Positions 32,812 to 42,154 are shown, numbered from the stretch's first letter. The stretch is 64,000 bases of DNA from Patescibacteria group bacterium (GCA_049322615.1 JBMORX010000010.1:89416-153415), one strand, 5' to 3'. Program-made: numbers and translations. Notes: generated by a model from the sequence alone, not told the origin.

Positions 32812-33816
32812 ATGTTATCCAAGCGTCTCGGTATAGACTTAGGAACGGCGAATAGTGTCGTTTGGCTCGCCGGTCAGGGAATTGTTTTAAATGAGCCAAC
32901 GGTGGTGGCGGTTTCAATTGATGATGGTCGGGTGGTGGCGGTTGGTAACGAGGCAAAGACTATGCTTGGTCGGACACCAGGAAATATCGTTGCCTCCCGT
33001 CCCCTGAGGGACGGGGTCATTGCTGATTATGAGGTAACCCAAGCCCTTTTAGCCTACTTCATCCAAAAGGTTTGCGGTCGGGTTTTTATTTTTAAACCAG
33101 AAGTGATGATTTGTGTGCCCGCCGGGGTTACCCAGGTTGAACGAAGGGCAGTTTTGGATGCGACCATCGCTGCCGGAGCCCGGATAGCTTATCTTATTGA
33201 TGAGCCTTTGGCGGCCGCCATTGGGGCAAAAATCCCGATTGCTCATCCTTCAGGAAGTATGATTTTTGATTCTGGTGGAGGGGCGACTGAAGCAGCGGTA
33301 ATTTCTCTTGGGGGAGTGGTGGTTCATAAATCAATAAGAGTGGCGGGAAATAAAATTGATGAAGCAATTTCAGGCTTCTTGAGGAAAAAACACAATTTGA
33401 TTATTGGAGAACAGACAGCCGAGGAAGTCAAAATTAAAATAGGTTCAGCGACAGCTCTTCCGCGGGAAGAGACAATGGAAGTCAAAGGCAGAGATTCGAT
33501 TTTGGGGTTGCCTAAGACGGTTCAGATTAGTTCAACCGAGGTTACCGAAGCAGTCAGACCGGTGCTTCTTTCGATTGTCGGGATAGTCAAAGCAGTTTTG
33601 GAGGAGACTCCGCCGGAGCTTGCTTCTGATATTATTGATAAGGGAATTGTTATGAGTGGGGGAACAAGCCTTCTTCGAAATCTTGATAAACTAATGACTC
33701 AAGAAACTGGAGTTCCTTGTCATGTTGCCGAAGAACCAATGTTGTGTGTTGCTAGAGGTACGGGAATTGCTTTAGAAAATATCGATCTTTATAAGAGAAG
33801 TATCACTAAAAAATAA
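32812..33816 (+). CDS. mreB: Rod-shape-determining protein MreB (actin-like ATPase).
   Basis: GIDLGTANSVVW...DSGGGATE...MSGGTSLLRNLDKL. 334 aa. Confidence 0.93.
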   Translation: MLSKRLGIDLGTANSVVWLAGQGIVLNEPTVVAVSIDDGRVVAVGNEAKTMLGRTPGNIVASRPLRDGVIADYEVTQALLAYFIQKVCGRVFIFKPEVMICVPAGVTQVERRAVLDATIAAGARIAYLIDEPLAAAIGAKIPIAHPSGSMIFDSGGGATEAAVISLGGVVVHKSIRVAGNKIDEAISGFLRKKHNLIIGEQTAEEVKIKIGSATALPREETMEVKGRDSILGLPKTVQISSTEVTEAVRPVLLSIVGIVKAVLEETPPELASDIIDKGIVMSGGTSLLRNLDKLMTQETGVPCHVAEEPMLCVARGTGIALENIDLYKRSITKK

Positions 33817-34341
33817 CAAACCTTTGTTTTATTTTCGGGTTTATAGTGATTGGGAAGTAAGAAGTGGGAAGTGAGAAGTGGGAAGCGGAGAAATATGATT
33901 AAACAGATTTAGAAATTGAAGAATTGCCATGGTTAAAAAAATTGTTCGAAATCGCCGTTTTGCTCGTCATTGTAAAGAATAGATAATGACTTATAGGGTT
34001 TTAAGGAATTTTGGGAAATTTTTCTAAGAAATTTTTTTAGCCAAAATAACTATCGGATATTTAAAAACTTAAAAAAATTAGGTTTGATTTTATAAAAACC
34101 GACCAATGTTGCCCAAAAACCAAAATAAAATGTCTGGACAGACCTTGCAAATTCTTGGAGTGAGGATAACTAGCACTGAGCCTGCCGAAGTGCTAGAGTT
34201 CGTGGCACGGAACGTAGAAGCTTTGGCTTTTTACGTTCCACGTAAAGTCCCGCTAAGCGGGACAACGCCGCGTAAAGTCACGTGACCGCGACTACGCGGT
34301 TTTACGTGATGCCTACCGCGTTTTAAAAGGGAGAATTTCAG

Positions 34342-35109
34342 ATGAAAGCTGATATCTTGGGAGTAAAAATTGACAATTTGAAAGAGAAAGAGGTAATTTA
34401 CGCGGTGCGTAAAAAGATAGCCAAAAAAGAGAAATTTTGGATTGCTACCCCTAATCCGGAGATGATAGTTCTGGCGCAAAAAGATTTGCAATTTAAAAGA
34501 ATTTTAAATTCTGCTGATTTGGCTATTCCAGATGGAATAGGTTTAGTTTGGGCGGGAAGAATTTTGGGGAGAGAGATAAGAGAGCGGGTAAGTGGGGTGG
34601 ATTTAATGGAAAAACTTTGTCAGGTGGGAAGCCAAAATGGCTGGAGTGTTTATTTAATTGGGGGGAAGCCAGAGGTGGCGAAAACGGCGCTTGAGGTTTT
34701 AAAAAAGCGCTATCCGGGCTTGAAAGGCTGGGCGGAAACAGGACCTGAATTAGAAGTGGGAAGTGGGAAATGGGAAGTGGGAAGAAAGAAGGGCGGAGTG
34801 GGAAGTGGGAAGTGGATAGAGAAAATAAATCAAAAAGAACCCACAATCCTTTTTGTTGGTTTTGGCATGGGCAAGCAGGAAAGATGGGTGGCAAAATATT
34901 TTGATATATTAAATATTGGGGGAGCAATGGTGGTTGGGGGCGCTTTTGATTTTATTTCTGGAAGAGCGCTCCGAGCGCCGATCCTGATCCAGGACTTGGG
35001 TCTTGAGTGGCTTTGGAGGTTAATCCAGGAGCCTTGGCGGATTAAAAGACAGTTGGCACTTGGCAGATTTGTTTTTTTGGTTTTGAAAGAGAGACTTTCT
35101 TTACTATAA
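34342..35109 (+). CDS. WecB/TagA/CpsF-family glycosyltransferase (N-acetylmannosaminyltransferase-like).
   Basis: ADLAIPDGIGLVWAGRILG...YLIGGKPEV...FVGFGMGKQERW. An in-frame insert of GGGAAGT 7-nt repeats at 34746-34812 encodes LEVGSGKWEVGRKKGGVGSGKW. The same GGGAAGT/GAGAAGT repeats occur intergenically at 33845-33885. Confidence 0.78.
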   Translation: MKADILGVKIDNLKEKEVIYAVRKKIAKKEKFWIATPNPEMIVLAQKDLQFKRILNSADLAIPDGIGLVWAGRILGREIRERVSGVDLMEKLCQVGSQNGWSVYLIGGKPEVAKTALEVLKKRYPGLKGWAETGPELEVGSGKWEVGRKKGGVGSGKWIEKINQKEPTILFVGFGMGKQERWVAKYFDILNIGGAMVVGGAFDFISGRALRAPILIQDLGLEWLWRLIQEPWRIKRQLALGRFVFLVLKERLSLL

Positions 35110-35127
35110 TAATTTTCGCTAGGTATC

Positions 35128-35300
35128 GACTCGGAGACGAACGTTTTGCTTGAGTTTAGATTGGATTGTTAGATTATTTGCTAGGGTATAGGGGATGAGT
35201 TAAGGTGAAGTAGCGCGTTACGGCTACGTCAATGGGTGACGTTACCCATAAACCAATCCTTAACGCGCCGCGTCACCATCACCGTAACCGTAACCTTTAT
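35128..35300 (+). repeat. R-element copy 5 (the 5' half CTCGGAGACGAACGTTTTGCTTGAGTTTAG is conserved, the 3' part divergent).
   Basis: The first 34 nt match copies 2 and 4. The rest carries GTTAC/GTAAC-rich hairpins. Confidence 0.5.
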
Positions 35301-35407
35301 TTTCTTGCCAGCTTAGGTCTAGTTTTAGACAAGCTCTGCTTATTGCGAAGCATCAAGCTCTGCTTATACTTATAATATAATATAATAAGATATAAGTTGA
35401 GAAGGAA

Positions 35408-36022
35408 ATGAAAAAATTAATCAAGCAGGTATTAGGCGGAGACGAAGAGGCAACTTGCCTACTTTGTAATTTTCTTACCGCCAGGCTTAAGAAACTAATC
35501 TTTAGGAAAATTGATAATCCTTGCGATGCCGAGGAGGTTTTGCAAGACACTTTAATTTCCATTTTAGACTCTCTGCCACTTTTTAGGGGGAAATCCTCAT
35601 TTTTGACTTGGAGTTTGAGTATTGCCAGGCACGAGATTGTTGATTATTATCGGAAAAAGAAAATTAAGGCTATTTTGTTTTCCCATTTGCCATTTTTGGA
35701 AGATTTAGCAAGTATCGCTTTGGGTCCCCAGGAGTTGTTATTGAAAAAAGAGCTGACCCAAGAAATCAAAAAGGTTTTAGAGAAAGTCTCCGAAGGATAT
35801 CGGAAGATTTTGCGACTTAAATATATAGAAGGGTGCTCTGTTGCCGAGATAGCCAGAGAGATGGATTTAAGTCCTAAGGCAATCGAGTCCAGGCTCACGA
35901 GGGCAAGAGAGGCTTTCAAGTTGGCTTGGAGGGCGGCAAATGCCCCTTTGGCAACAGAGACAGTGACCAATGACAAATTACGAAGAAAAAGTAAAAAAAT
36001 TCTTGGTTTTGGCAGCCATTAA
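35408..36022 (+). CDS. ECF-type sigma-70 family RNA polymerase sigma factor.
   Basis: Region 2 (EEVLQDTLISILDSLPLFRGKSSFLTWSLSIARHEIVDYYRKK) and region 4 (YRKILRLKYIEGCSVAEIAREMDLSPKAIESRLTRAREAFK). Confidence 0.8.
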   Translation: MKKLIKQVLGGDEEATCLLCNFLTARLKKLIFRKIDNPCDAEEVLQDTLISILDSLPLFRGKSSFLTWSLSIARHEIVDYYRKKKIKAILFSHLPFLEDLASIALGPQELLLKKELTQEIKKVLEKVSEGYRKILRLKYIEGCSVAEIAREMDLSPKAIESRLTRAREAFKLAWRAANAPLATETVTNDKLRRKSKKILGFGSH

Positions 36023-36332
36023 AGAATCTTATTTGTTCTTGCGGAATCTCTATGGACTGCGGTATCATCCATTCAAAACCATTCGCCAGATTCGCCGAGA
36101 GAATGATTGGTCACAGACAATCCTCGTTTTAGGTTTACCAATTTATCTTTGGTTTGGAGGTTTGCTGTTTTCCCTAGGAGCAACTTTTTTCTTTTGGAAA
36201 ATTTGGCAGTGGGAAGAAGGACAGCTTCTCGTCTTTGGTTTATTTATTCTTTTCTCTTTAGGGGCAAGTTTGCTTTCGTTTTATATCTTATTTTGGTTTG
36301 GACAGTATTTTTTGAGATGTCAAAAGTTATAA
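35970..36332 (+). CDS. Small membrane protein overlapping the 3' end of the sigma gene. Putative anti-sigma factor.
   Basis: 120 aa with three TM helices. The call rests on position only, immediately downstream of and overlapping the ECF sigma. Confidence 0.4.
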   Translation: MTNYEEKVKKFLVLAAIKESYLFLRNLYGLRYHPFKTIRQIRRENDWSQTILVLGLPIYLWFGGLLFSLGATFFFWKIWQWEEGQLLVFGLFILFSLGASLLSFYILFWFGQYFLRCQKL

Positions 36333-36763
36333 GCAGGAATTTTTTAATTAAAACAAAAAAAGGACCGGAGTTTATTGATATCACCGAAAAGGTGGCAAAA
36401 ATTGTCGAAAAGTCGAAGGTTAAGCATGGGATGGTCCATATTTTTGCCAAACACACCACGGCGGCGATTAAGATTAATGAAAATGAGCCACTTTTAATCA
36501 CTGACATGGAGGAGTTTTTACTGAGGGTGGCTGCCCCAAACGGAGAGTACAATCATAATGATTTTAGGAGGAGAAAGACTAATATGTGCGAGGGAGAATG
36601 CGCCAACGGTCATTCTCATTGTCAGCATTTACTTTTATCAGCTTCAGAAACAGTGCCAATATTTGCAGGAAAACTTGGGCTTGGAACTTGGCAAAGTATT
36701 TTTTTGGTTGAGCTTGATCGGGCAAGAACAAGAGAAGTAGTCGTTCAGGTTTGGGGAGAGTAG
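36317..36763 (+). CDS. YjbQ-family (UPF0047, secondary thiamine-phosphate synthase-like) protein. Start refined to the internal Met of track ORF 36107..36763.
   Basis: MSKVISRNFLIKTKKGPEFIDITEKVAKIV...GMVHIFAKHTTAAIKINENEP...GKLGLGTWQSIFLVELDRARTREVVVQVWG matches the YjbQ pattern. The upstream part of the track ORF is a different gene, in another frame of the same strand. Confidence 0.78.
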   Translation: MSKVISRNFLIKTKKGPEFIDITEKVAKIVEKSKVKHGMVHIFAKHTTAAIKINENEPLLITDMEEFLLRVAAPNGEYNHNDFRRRKTNMCEGECANGHSHCQHLLLSASETVPIFAGKLGLGTWQSIFLVELDRARTREVVVQVWGE

Positions 36764-36821
36764 ACGAGGTTGAACCTCAAGTAGAGCGATAATTCCAGGC
36801 GTTTTAAGGGTTTTTAAGAAT

Positions 36822-37040
36822 TTATTCGGTTCCCTTGGTTTGGATGCCCAAAAGCCAGAGGACCGCCTCTTTGCGGTAGCGGCGGTCGCCGCGAGAGTTA
36901 ATCCGAATTGCGGGCAGTTTTCCTCTTTTGCCCCAGCGTTTAATCGTTAGGGGAGAGACCCGGAGAATCTCGGCTACCTCCCGGACGGTTAATAAATCAG
37001 GCAGGTCTTCAAGCGATAAAGGTTTCTTGGGGTCCGCCAT
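36822..37040 (-). CDS. Excisionase-family (MerR-like) helix-turn-helix DNA-binding protein.
   Basis: LLTVREVAEILRVSPLTIKRWGKRGKLPAIRI fits the Xis/excisionase HTH pattern. Confidence 0.6.
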   Translation of the reverse strand: MADPKKPLSLEDLPDLLTVREVAEILRVSPLTIKRWGKRGKLPAIRINSRGDRRYRKEAVLWLLGIQTKGTE

Positions 37041-37126
37041 AACTACCTCTTTCTCTAAACTAGAGTATCACAGTATAACGAAGTTTGTCAATACCCAAAA
37101 CTTATTTGCGGTTTTAAAATAGAGTC

Positions 37127-37645
37127 TTGTTTTATTGGGGGTGGAATTTTTATAATTGTGGTATGATGAACGCAGAACCAAGCGGAACAAAACGCGGAAC
37201 AACGCTGCTTTATCCCCATGAGTCTTATTTAATCCGGGGTGCCTATTTTGCTATCTATCAAAAGTTCCGCAATACCCAAAAAGAGTCTGTTTATCAAAAT
37301 GCCCTGCTCGAAGAGCTAAAACATAAAGGTTTGAAAATTGAAAGGGAAAAACAGTTGCCAATATATCATTTAGGGGTAAAAGTTGGTGTTTATACCCCTG
37401 ATTTATTGATCAATGGAGCAATTATTATCGAATTAAAGGCGAAGCCATTTCTTCATCAAGAAGACGTTAGACAGTTTTGGTATTACTTAAAAAACTCTCA
37501 ATTCAAGTTGGGATTCTTAGTGAATTTTGGTGAGCCAAACGGTGTCAAAATAGTCCGTCGTGTTTATGACACCGCCCGCCAGCGTAGTTCCGCGTCTAGT
37601 TCAGCGGCACGTCAAACGTGCCAGCCGCGTTTGACGGCGGCGTAG
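37127..37645 (+). CDS. GxxExxY-family protein (PD-(D/E)xK-like). The start is probably at the internal Met.
   Basis: ESYLIRGAYFAIYQKF...ESVYQNALLEELKHKGLKIEREKQLPIYHLGVKVGVYTPDLLINGAIIIELKAKP. Confidence 0.65.
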   Translation: MFYWGWNFYNCGMMNAEPSGTKRGTTLLYPHESYLIRGAYFAIYQKFRNTQKESVYQNALLEELKHKGLKIEREKQLPIYHLGVKVGVYTPDLLINGAIIIELKAKPFLHQEDVRQFWYYLKNSQFKLGFLVNFGEPNGVKIVRRVYDTARQRSSASSSAARQTCQPRLTAA

Positions 37646-37654
37646 TTCTGCGCC

Positions 37655-37700
37655 TTATTTAAGTTCAACTGTCGCCCCCGCTGCTTCTAATTTTTTCTTT
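37655..37700 (-). pseudogene. Duplicated fragment of the rplL 3' end, lying ~65 nt downstream of the intact rplL stop.
   Basis: RC gives gcaaagaaaaaattagaagcagcgggggcgacagttgaacttaaataa, encoding AKKKLEAAGATVELK*. The real C-terminus is [17 protein letters not shown]. Confidence 0.6.
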
Positions 37701-37764
37701 GCCACGTCAAACGTGGCTTCAGAAAATTCTGTTTTAGGAAGATAACCCTGCTTGAAGGGTGATA

Positions 37765-38220
37765 TTACTTCAATTCTACGATGGCCCCAGCGGTCTCTAA
37801 TTTTTTCTTCGCCTCTTCGGCCGTGGTTTTATTAACCCCAATTAAAACTTCTTTAGGAGTGCTTTCCACCAAATCTTTGGCTTCTTTAAGACCTAAAGTT
37901 TGATTTATTTCCCGAACTGCTTTGATAACCGAGATTTTATTCGCCCCTGGATTGGTTAAAACCACATTAAAAGTAGTTTGCCCTGGAGCTTCTTCTGTAG
38001 GTATAGCACCAGCCTGGGTAGGAGCAGCTTGCCCCGAAGGAGCGGGGACGACCTGAGGGGCAACTACGCCAAATTTTTCCTCCAAAGCCTTGACTAAATC
38101 TGCCAGTTCCAAAACTGACAGTTTTTCGATTTCCACAATCAAATCCTGAAGTTTTTTACTGGATTCTTTTGCGCCCTTTGCTTCTTTTTGCGTCTTTGCG
38201 TTTGCAGGTTCTTCTGCCAT
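37765..38220 (-). CDS. rplL: Ribosomal protein L7/L12, with an N-terminal K/E-rich extension.
   Basis: ...[16 protein letters not shown]...[57 protein letters not shown]. Confidence 0.9.
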   Translation of the reverse strand: MAEEPANAKTQKEAKGAKESSKKLQDLIVEIEKLSVLELADLVKALEEKFGVVAPQVVPAPSGQAAPTQAGAIPTEEAPGQTTFNVVLTNPGANKISVIKAVREINQTLGLKEAKDLVESTPKEVLIGVNKTTAEEAKKKLETAGAIVELK

Positions 38221-38321
38221 ATTAATTCACCCCCTTTCATTAAATAAATTCAAAAATTAAATATCAAAAATCAAAATTACAGATTAAAATTTAAAAATTT
38301 TTGCATTTTGAATTGTCATTT

Positions 38322-38831
38322 TTAATTTTTCATTTTACATTTTGCATTTAAGACAAGAATTAATTTTTTGGTATTTGCTCCGAGGACATTTACAAATCTT
38401 TCTGAAGGAAACCTAAGCAGGGAAAGAAGATTAACTATTAATTCTTGTCTGCTGGGCAGGCTTCCTAATTTTTCCACTTCTTCCTTGGTTAGTGCTCTAT
38501 CTTCCCAAATACCAGATTTGAATGTTGGCAGACCTTGAGTTTTGGCAAAATCAAAAACACTTTTAATTGGCGCAAGCTCATCTTGATAAGCCAAAACAAG
38601 CGCGGTTGGACCAGAAAGTTCCAGTTCTGGTAATTTTTGTTCTTTTAAAGCAAGCTTAAGGAGGGTATTTTTGACCACCAAAAATTGCCCCCCAGCCTTT
38701 TTAACCAGCGTCCGAAGCTGGCTTATTTGGGGAACGGTAAGACCACGATAGTCTGTCAAAACAATACTTTTGGCTTGTTTTAAGCCTTCGGCTAAATTGG
38801 CGACAGCAAAAATTTTTTCCTGTTTCTTCAT
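38322..38831 (-). CDS. rplJ: Ribosomal protein L10.
   Basis: MKKQEKIFAVANLAEGLKQAKSIVLTDYRGLTVPQISQLRTLVKKAGGQFLVVKNTL. Confidence 0.9.
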   Translation of the reverse strand: MKKQEKIFAVANLAEGLKQAKSIVLTDYRGLTVPQISQLRTLVKKAGGQFLVVKNTLLKLALKEQKLPELELSGPTALVLAYQDELAPIKSVFDFAKTQGLPTFKSGIWEDRALTKEEVEKLGSLPSRQELIVNLLSLLRFPSERFVNVLGANTKKLILVLNAKCKMKN

Positions 38832-39063
38832 AATCGCTGATTAGCGCTGATAAAAAATCGCCTCTACCGAGGCGAATTCTGCGTTTCTGCTTTTTCCGCG
38901 TTTCTGCGGTTGCAGTCCTCGGTAGTCCTCGCTTTGCTCGGACTGAAGTCCTTTTTGCGAGATTATCTTCGGTTTTCAGGGCTTTACCCTGAGCTTGCCG
39001 AAGGGCTACTGTCTTAGGTCTTCTTGCATTCTACATTCTTAATTACGAATTGTCAAGTTAGTG

Positions 39064-39110
39064 TTTTTGTTTTGTTTTGTTTTGTTTTGTTTTGTTTTGT
39101 TTTGTTTTGT
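39064..39110. repeat. (TTTTG)x9 pentanucleotide microsatellite in the rplJ upstream region.
   Basis: gtttttgttttgttttgttttgttttgttttgttttgttttgt. Confidence 0.9.
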
Positions 39111-39138
39111 ATCCCAGAGTAGTCTGTTATTGTCTCCT

Positions 39139-39187
39139 ATCCCTAAACACAAACTCTTGCTATAGCTTGACTTTGTGTTTATGAAAA
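39139..39187. repeat. CACA..TTCTTGCTATAGC..TGTG hairpin element, copy 1. It is the left flank of the cassette inserted between rplA and rplJ.
   Basis: acacaaactcttgctatagcttgactttgtgtt. A direct repeat lies at 39893-39935 and an inverted copy at 49868-49905. Confidence 0.7.
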
Positions 39188-39208
39188 GTTATGGTTAATT
39201 TATAATTT

Positions 39209-39895
39209 ATGAAGGTTAGAAAGATAAAGCAGAGAAAAGAAAGAAAGCCGTCTGAGTATAAATTAGCCCTTAGGGATGTTGATTGGGAGAAAGTGGCAAA
39301 AATTTTTGAGCCAGAAAAAGAATCAATTATTAATTCTTTAAAAAAAGAAATTGATAGGTATCCCTACAGTAGGGAAATACTTTATCTTTTAGCGGCTGGG
39401 GTTTTTCTTGGAGGGACAATCATTTTTCCCTGTTTTCCCGCCGCCGTAGCCCCACTTTTAGGTGAATGGGACAAATATCACCGAGGAAGACTAAGCCAGA
39501 CAATTAAAAGATTTAAAAAACAAAAATTGGTAGAGATTGAGGAAGAAAATGGACAGCAAATAGTTAAAATTACCGAAAAGGGGAGAACGCGGGCTTTGAA
39601 ATACAAACTTGATGAGATGAAAATAAAAAAGCCAAATGTTTGGGATAAGAAATGGAGAATTGTCATTTTTGATATTTTCGAAAAGAAAAAGTGGTTTAGA
39701 GAAATTTTTAGGGCAAGACTTAAACAACTTGGTCTCTTTCGCCTCCAGGATTCAGTTTTTGTTTTTCCTTACCCTTGTTTTGAGGAAATTGAATTCCTTC
39801 GTCAGATCTATGGAGTTCCACTTGAGGTAAGGTATGTTATAGCAGAAAAAATTGAAGACGAGGGAGATTTGAAAAGCCAGTTTAACCTTTCATAG
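39209..39895 (+). CDS. Hypothetical protein with a PaaX-like C-terminal region, encoded on the opposite strand inside the ribosomal cluster.
   Basis: 228 aa. ...KKWRIVIFDIFEKKKWFREIFRARLKQLGLFRLQDSVFVFPYP resembles the PaaX-type repressor C-terminal segment (from memory, weak). Confidence 0.4.
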   Translation: MKVRKIKQRKERKPSEYKLALRDVDWEKVAKIFEPEKESIINSLKKEIDRYPYSREILYLLAAGVFLGGTIIFPCFPAAVAPLLGEWDKYHRGRLSQTIKRFKKQKLVEIEEENGQQIVKITEKGRTRALKYKLDEMKIKKPNVWDKKWRIVIFDIFEKKKWFREIFRARLKQLGLFRLQDSVFVFPYPCFEEIEFLRQIYGVPLEVRYVIAEKIEDEGDLKSQFNLS

Positions 39896-39935
39896 ACACA
39901 AATTCTTGCTATAGCATAATTTTGTGTTTATGAAG
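39893..39935. repeat. CACA..TGTG hairpin element, copy 2 (the right flank, a direct repeat of copy 1).
   Basis: gacacaaattcttgctatagcataattttgtgtttatgaag. Confidence 0.7.
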
Positions 39936-39994
39936 TGAGTGAGGATGGGCAGGGAAAATCAATTACCTGTTCATTGAATTGAATATAAGCTTGG

Positions 39995-40100
39995 GGTGGA
40001 GATGAATTTTTGTTTTTTGGGTTCGGGAACGAATTTTTGCTTGGATTTAAAAATGGTTCCCGCCGATTCGGGGACCTACTGGCTTAAGTTAGTTTTCAAT
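39995..40100 (+). repeat. R-element copy 6 (partial or degenerate).
   Basis: ggggtggagatgaatttttgtt...gggaacgaatttttgcttggatttaaaaatggttcccgccgattcggggacc. Shares the 5' boxes and the P2-type hairpin. Confidence 0.45.
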
Positions 40101-40106
40101 TATAAA

Positions 40107-40994
40107 TTATAGATTATCAATGGCTACCTTAACTGCCGGTCCCATTGTTCCCTTAATAACCGCTTTTTTGATATTTTTTGTTCCCACTGCCGAAAGATAA
40201 GTTTTTAGATTCTCTTCCAGTTCTTTTTCAGGCTGGGAAATTTTACCAAAGACAGCGTGGACTAAAGGAGCATTTTGTTCTGTTTTAAAAGAGACTGATG
40301 TCTTTTGAAATCTTTTGATGGCTTCCTCTGGCTTATCGGTGATGGTGCCATTTTTTGGATTGGGCATCAAGCCTTTGGGACCAAGTAATTTGGCAAATTG
40401 GACTAATTTGGGCATAAAAGCTGGAGTCGCCAACAATATATCAAAATCTATCTTCCCCACCTCAATCTTCTTTAATGTCTCCTCGTTGGCAATTTCAATC
40501 CTTCTTGCCTTGCCGGCAAAATAGGGGAGAGAAACATCGCCTGAGATTCCGGTTTTTCCGGTGACCAGGTGGAGTTCCGCTGCTCCATCAAAACGAGCGA
40601 AGGAGGTTTCCTTAAGAAGCCTTATTGCTTCGGAAAGGGGGTAGGATTTGCTTGGGTCAATCTTAACTTTAGCGGCGAGATACTTTTTACCTCGGATTTT
40701 GGGTGGCTTGACTTCTTTTAATTTTGCTTCTTTCTGCGTCTCTGCTTGCTTTTGCGTCTCCGCGGTTACGGGTTCGGCCGTGATCGCCACCACTCTTTCG
40801 CCACCCTTTAAGCCAGGAACACGCACTCTCTGAGTGCCCTTTTCCTCTTTCAGGGATTTCTTGTGCTCTTTTTTTGGTTTTCCTTCTTCGCCTAGGATGG
40901 CGACTCTTTTTTTACCCACGTTCCCTCCGGTCAAATTAAAAATTAAAAATGAAAAATTAAAAACGACAAATAAGCAAAGCTTGTTGCTTCGCAA
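40107..40994 (-). CDS. rplA: Ribosomal protein L1. The ORF carries a long N-terminal extension, and the true start is probably downstream, near KIRGKKYLAAKV.
   Basis: ...IRGKKYLAAKVKIDPSKSYPLSEAIRLLKETSFARFDGAAELHLV... matches the L1 N-terminus. The first 22 codons (MRSNKLCLFVVFNF...) are encoded by the recurring AATAAGCAAAGCTTGTTGCTTCGCAT element. Confidence 0.8.
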   Translation of the reverse strand: MRSNKLCLFVVFNFSFLIFNLTGGNVGKKRVAILGEEGKPKKEHKKSLKEEKGTQRVRVPGLKGGERVVAITAEPVTAETQKQAETQKEAKLKEVKPPKIRGKKYLAAKVKIDPSKSYPLSEAIRLLKETSFARFDGAAELHLVTGKTGISGDVSLPYFAGKARRIEIANEETLKKIEVGKIDFDILLATPAFMPKLVQFAKLLGPKGLMPNPKNGTITDKPEEAIKRFQKTSVSFKTEQNAPLVHAVFGKISQPEKELEENLKTYLSAVGTKNIKKAVIKGTMGPAVKVAIDNL

Positions 40995-41078
40995 TAAAAA
41001 TCTTAAAAATTTTTAATTTTACATTGTAATTTTTATTTTTTATTTCGCTAGAAACAAGCTTGCTTATATTTTCATTTT

Positions 41079-41501
41079 TCATTTTATTGTTACTCCCATC
41101 GACCTGGCCGTGCCCTCAACAATCCTTTCGGCTGCCTCCAAATCTTCAGTATTTAAATCTTTCATTTTCTCTTGGGCAATTTTTTGGACTTGTTCTCGCG
41201 TTAGCACTCCAACTTCCTCTCTGCCAGTTGCTCCTGAACCCTTTTCTAAAGCCAAGGTTTTTTTAATCATATCCGCCACTGGCGGAAGCTTGGTAACAAA
41301 AGAAAAAGTTCGATCCTCATAAACCGTAATCACCACGGGAATGATGTTTCCCTTCATTTGGGCAGTTTTTTCGTTGTAGGCTTTGACAAAATCCATAATT
41401 GGCAGTCCATGTGAGCCGAGTGCTGGACCAACCGGCGGCGCCGGAGTGGCTTCACCAGCCGGAAGATTAAGCTTGATGATGGTTTTTACTTTCTTAGGCA
41501 T
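41079..41501 (-). CDS. rplK: Ribosomal protein L11.
   Basis: [46 protein letters not shown]. Confidence 0.95.
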   Translation of the reverse strand: MPKKVKTIIKLNLPAGEATPAPPVGPALGSHGLPIMDFVKAYNEKTAQMKGNIIPVVITVYEDRTFSFVTKLPPVADMIKKTLALEKGSGATGREEVGVLTREQVQKIAQEKMKDLNTEDLEAAERIVEGTARSMGVTIK

Positions 41502-41535
41502 ATAACTTTTATAAAAATTATAATGATTATAAATT

Positions 41536-42150
41536 TTATATTTTCGCTACTTGGAGAAAATCCAACTCGACTGGTGTTTCTCTGCCAAAGATTGAAACCA
41601 AAACTCTCAGTTTCCCTTTTTCCTCATCAATGGCTTCAATCGAGCCTAAAAATTCGGCAAAAGGTCCATCAATGATTTTAACTGCCTCGCCTACGGAAAA
41701 CTTGGTTTTGAATTTCGGTGCCTCCAAAGCCATGAATTTTTGGATTGCTTTAACTTCTTCATCAGAAATCGGGGTAGGATTGTTGCCAACGCCAACAAAT
41801 CCCGTCACTCCCTGGGTTGTCCGGACCGTCAGCCAGCTCTCATCACCCAAAATCATTTTGACGAGTAAATAGCCAGGGAAAATTTTTTCGGTCACATTTT
41901 GCTTTTTACCGCTTCTTATTTGGACTGTTTCCTGGGTTGGGATTAAGATTTCTAAAACTTTATTAGCCAGTCCCATGGTTTCGACCCGCTGCCTTAGTGC
42001 CTGGGAAACTTTAGCCTCATGTCCTGAATAGGTATGAACCACGTACCAACGAGCTTGGGGGTCAGCCGATTTGGTAATGACAATATGATTTTTCAGTTTT
42101 TCTTCCTTTTTTGGTTCTTCGGTTTTTTCGTTTTTCAGTTTTTTAGTCAT
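41536..42150 (-). CDS. nusG: Transcription termination/antitermination factor NusG.
   Basis: [20 protein letters not shown] (NGN) ... [37 protein letters not shown] (KOW). Confidence 0.9.
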   Translation of the reverse strand: MTKKLKNEKTEEPKKEEKLKNHIVITKSADPQARWYVVHTYSGHEAKVSQALRQRVETMGLANKVLEILIPTQETVQIRSGKKQNVTEKIFPGYLLVKMILGDESWLTVRTTQGVTGFVGVGNNPTPISDEEVKAIQKFMALEAPKFKTKFSVGEAVKIIDGPFAEFLGSIEAIDEEKGKLRVLVSIFGRETPVELDFLQVAKI

Positions 42151-42154
42151 AGTT

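Noticed and set aside
40730-40994. Treating the first 90 codons of the rplA ORF as a genuine N-terminal domain.
   Set aside because: The homology to L1 begins at KIRGKKYLAAKV. The upstream part is encoded by a dispersed repeat element and K/E-rich leader sequence. The true start (possibly non-ATG) could not be fixed, so the ORF coordinates were kept and a caveat added.
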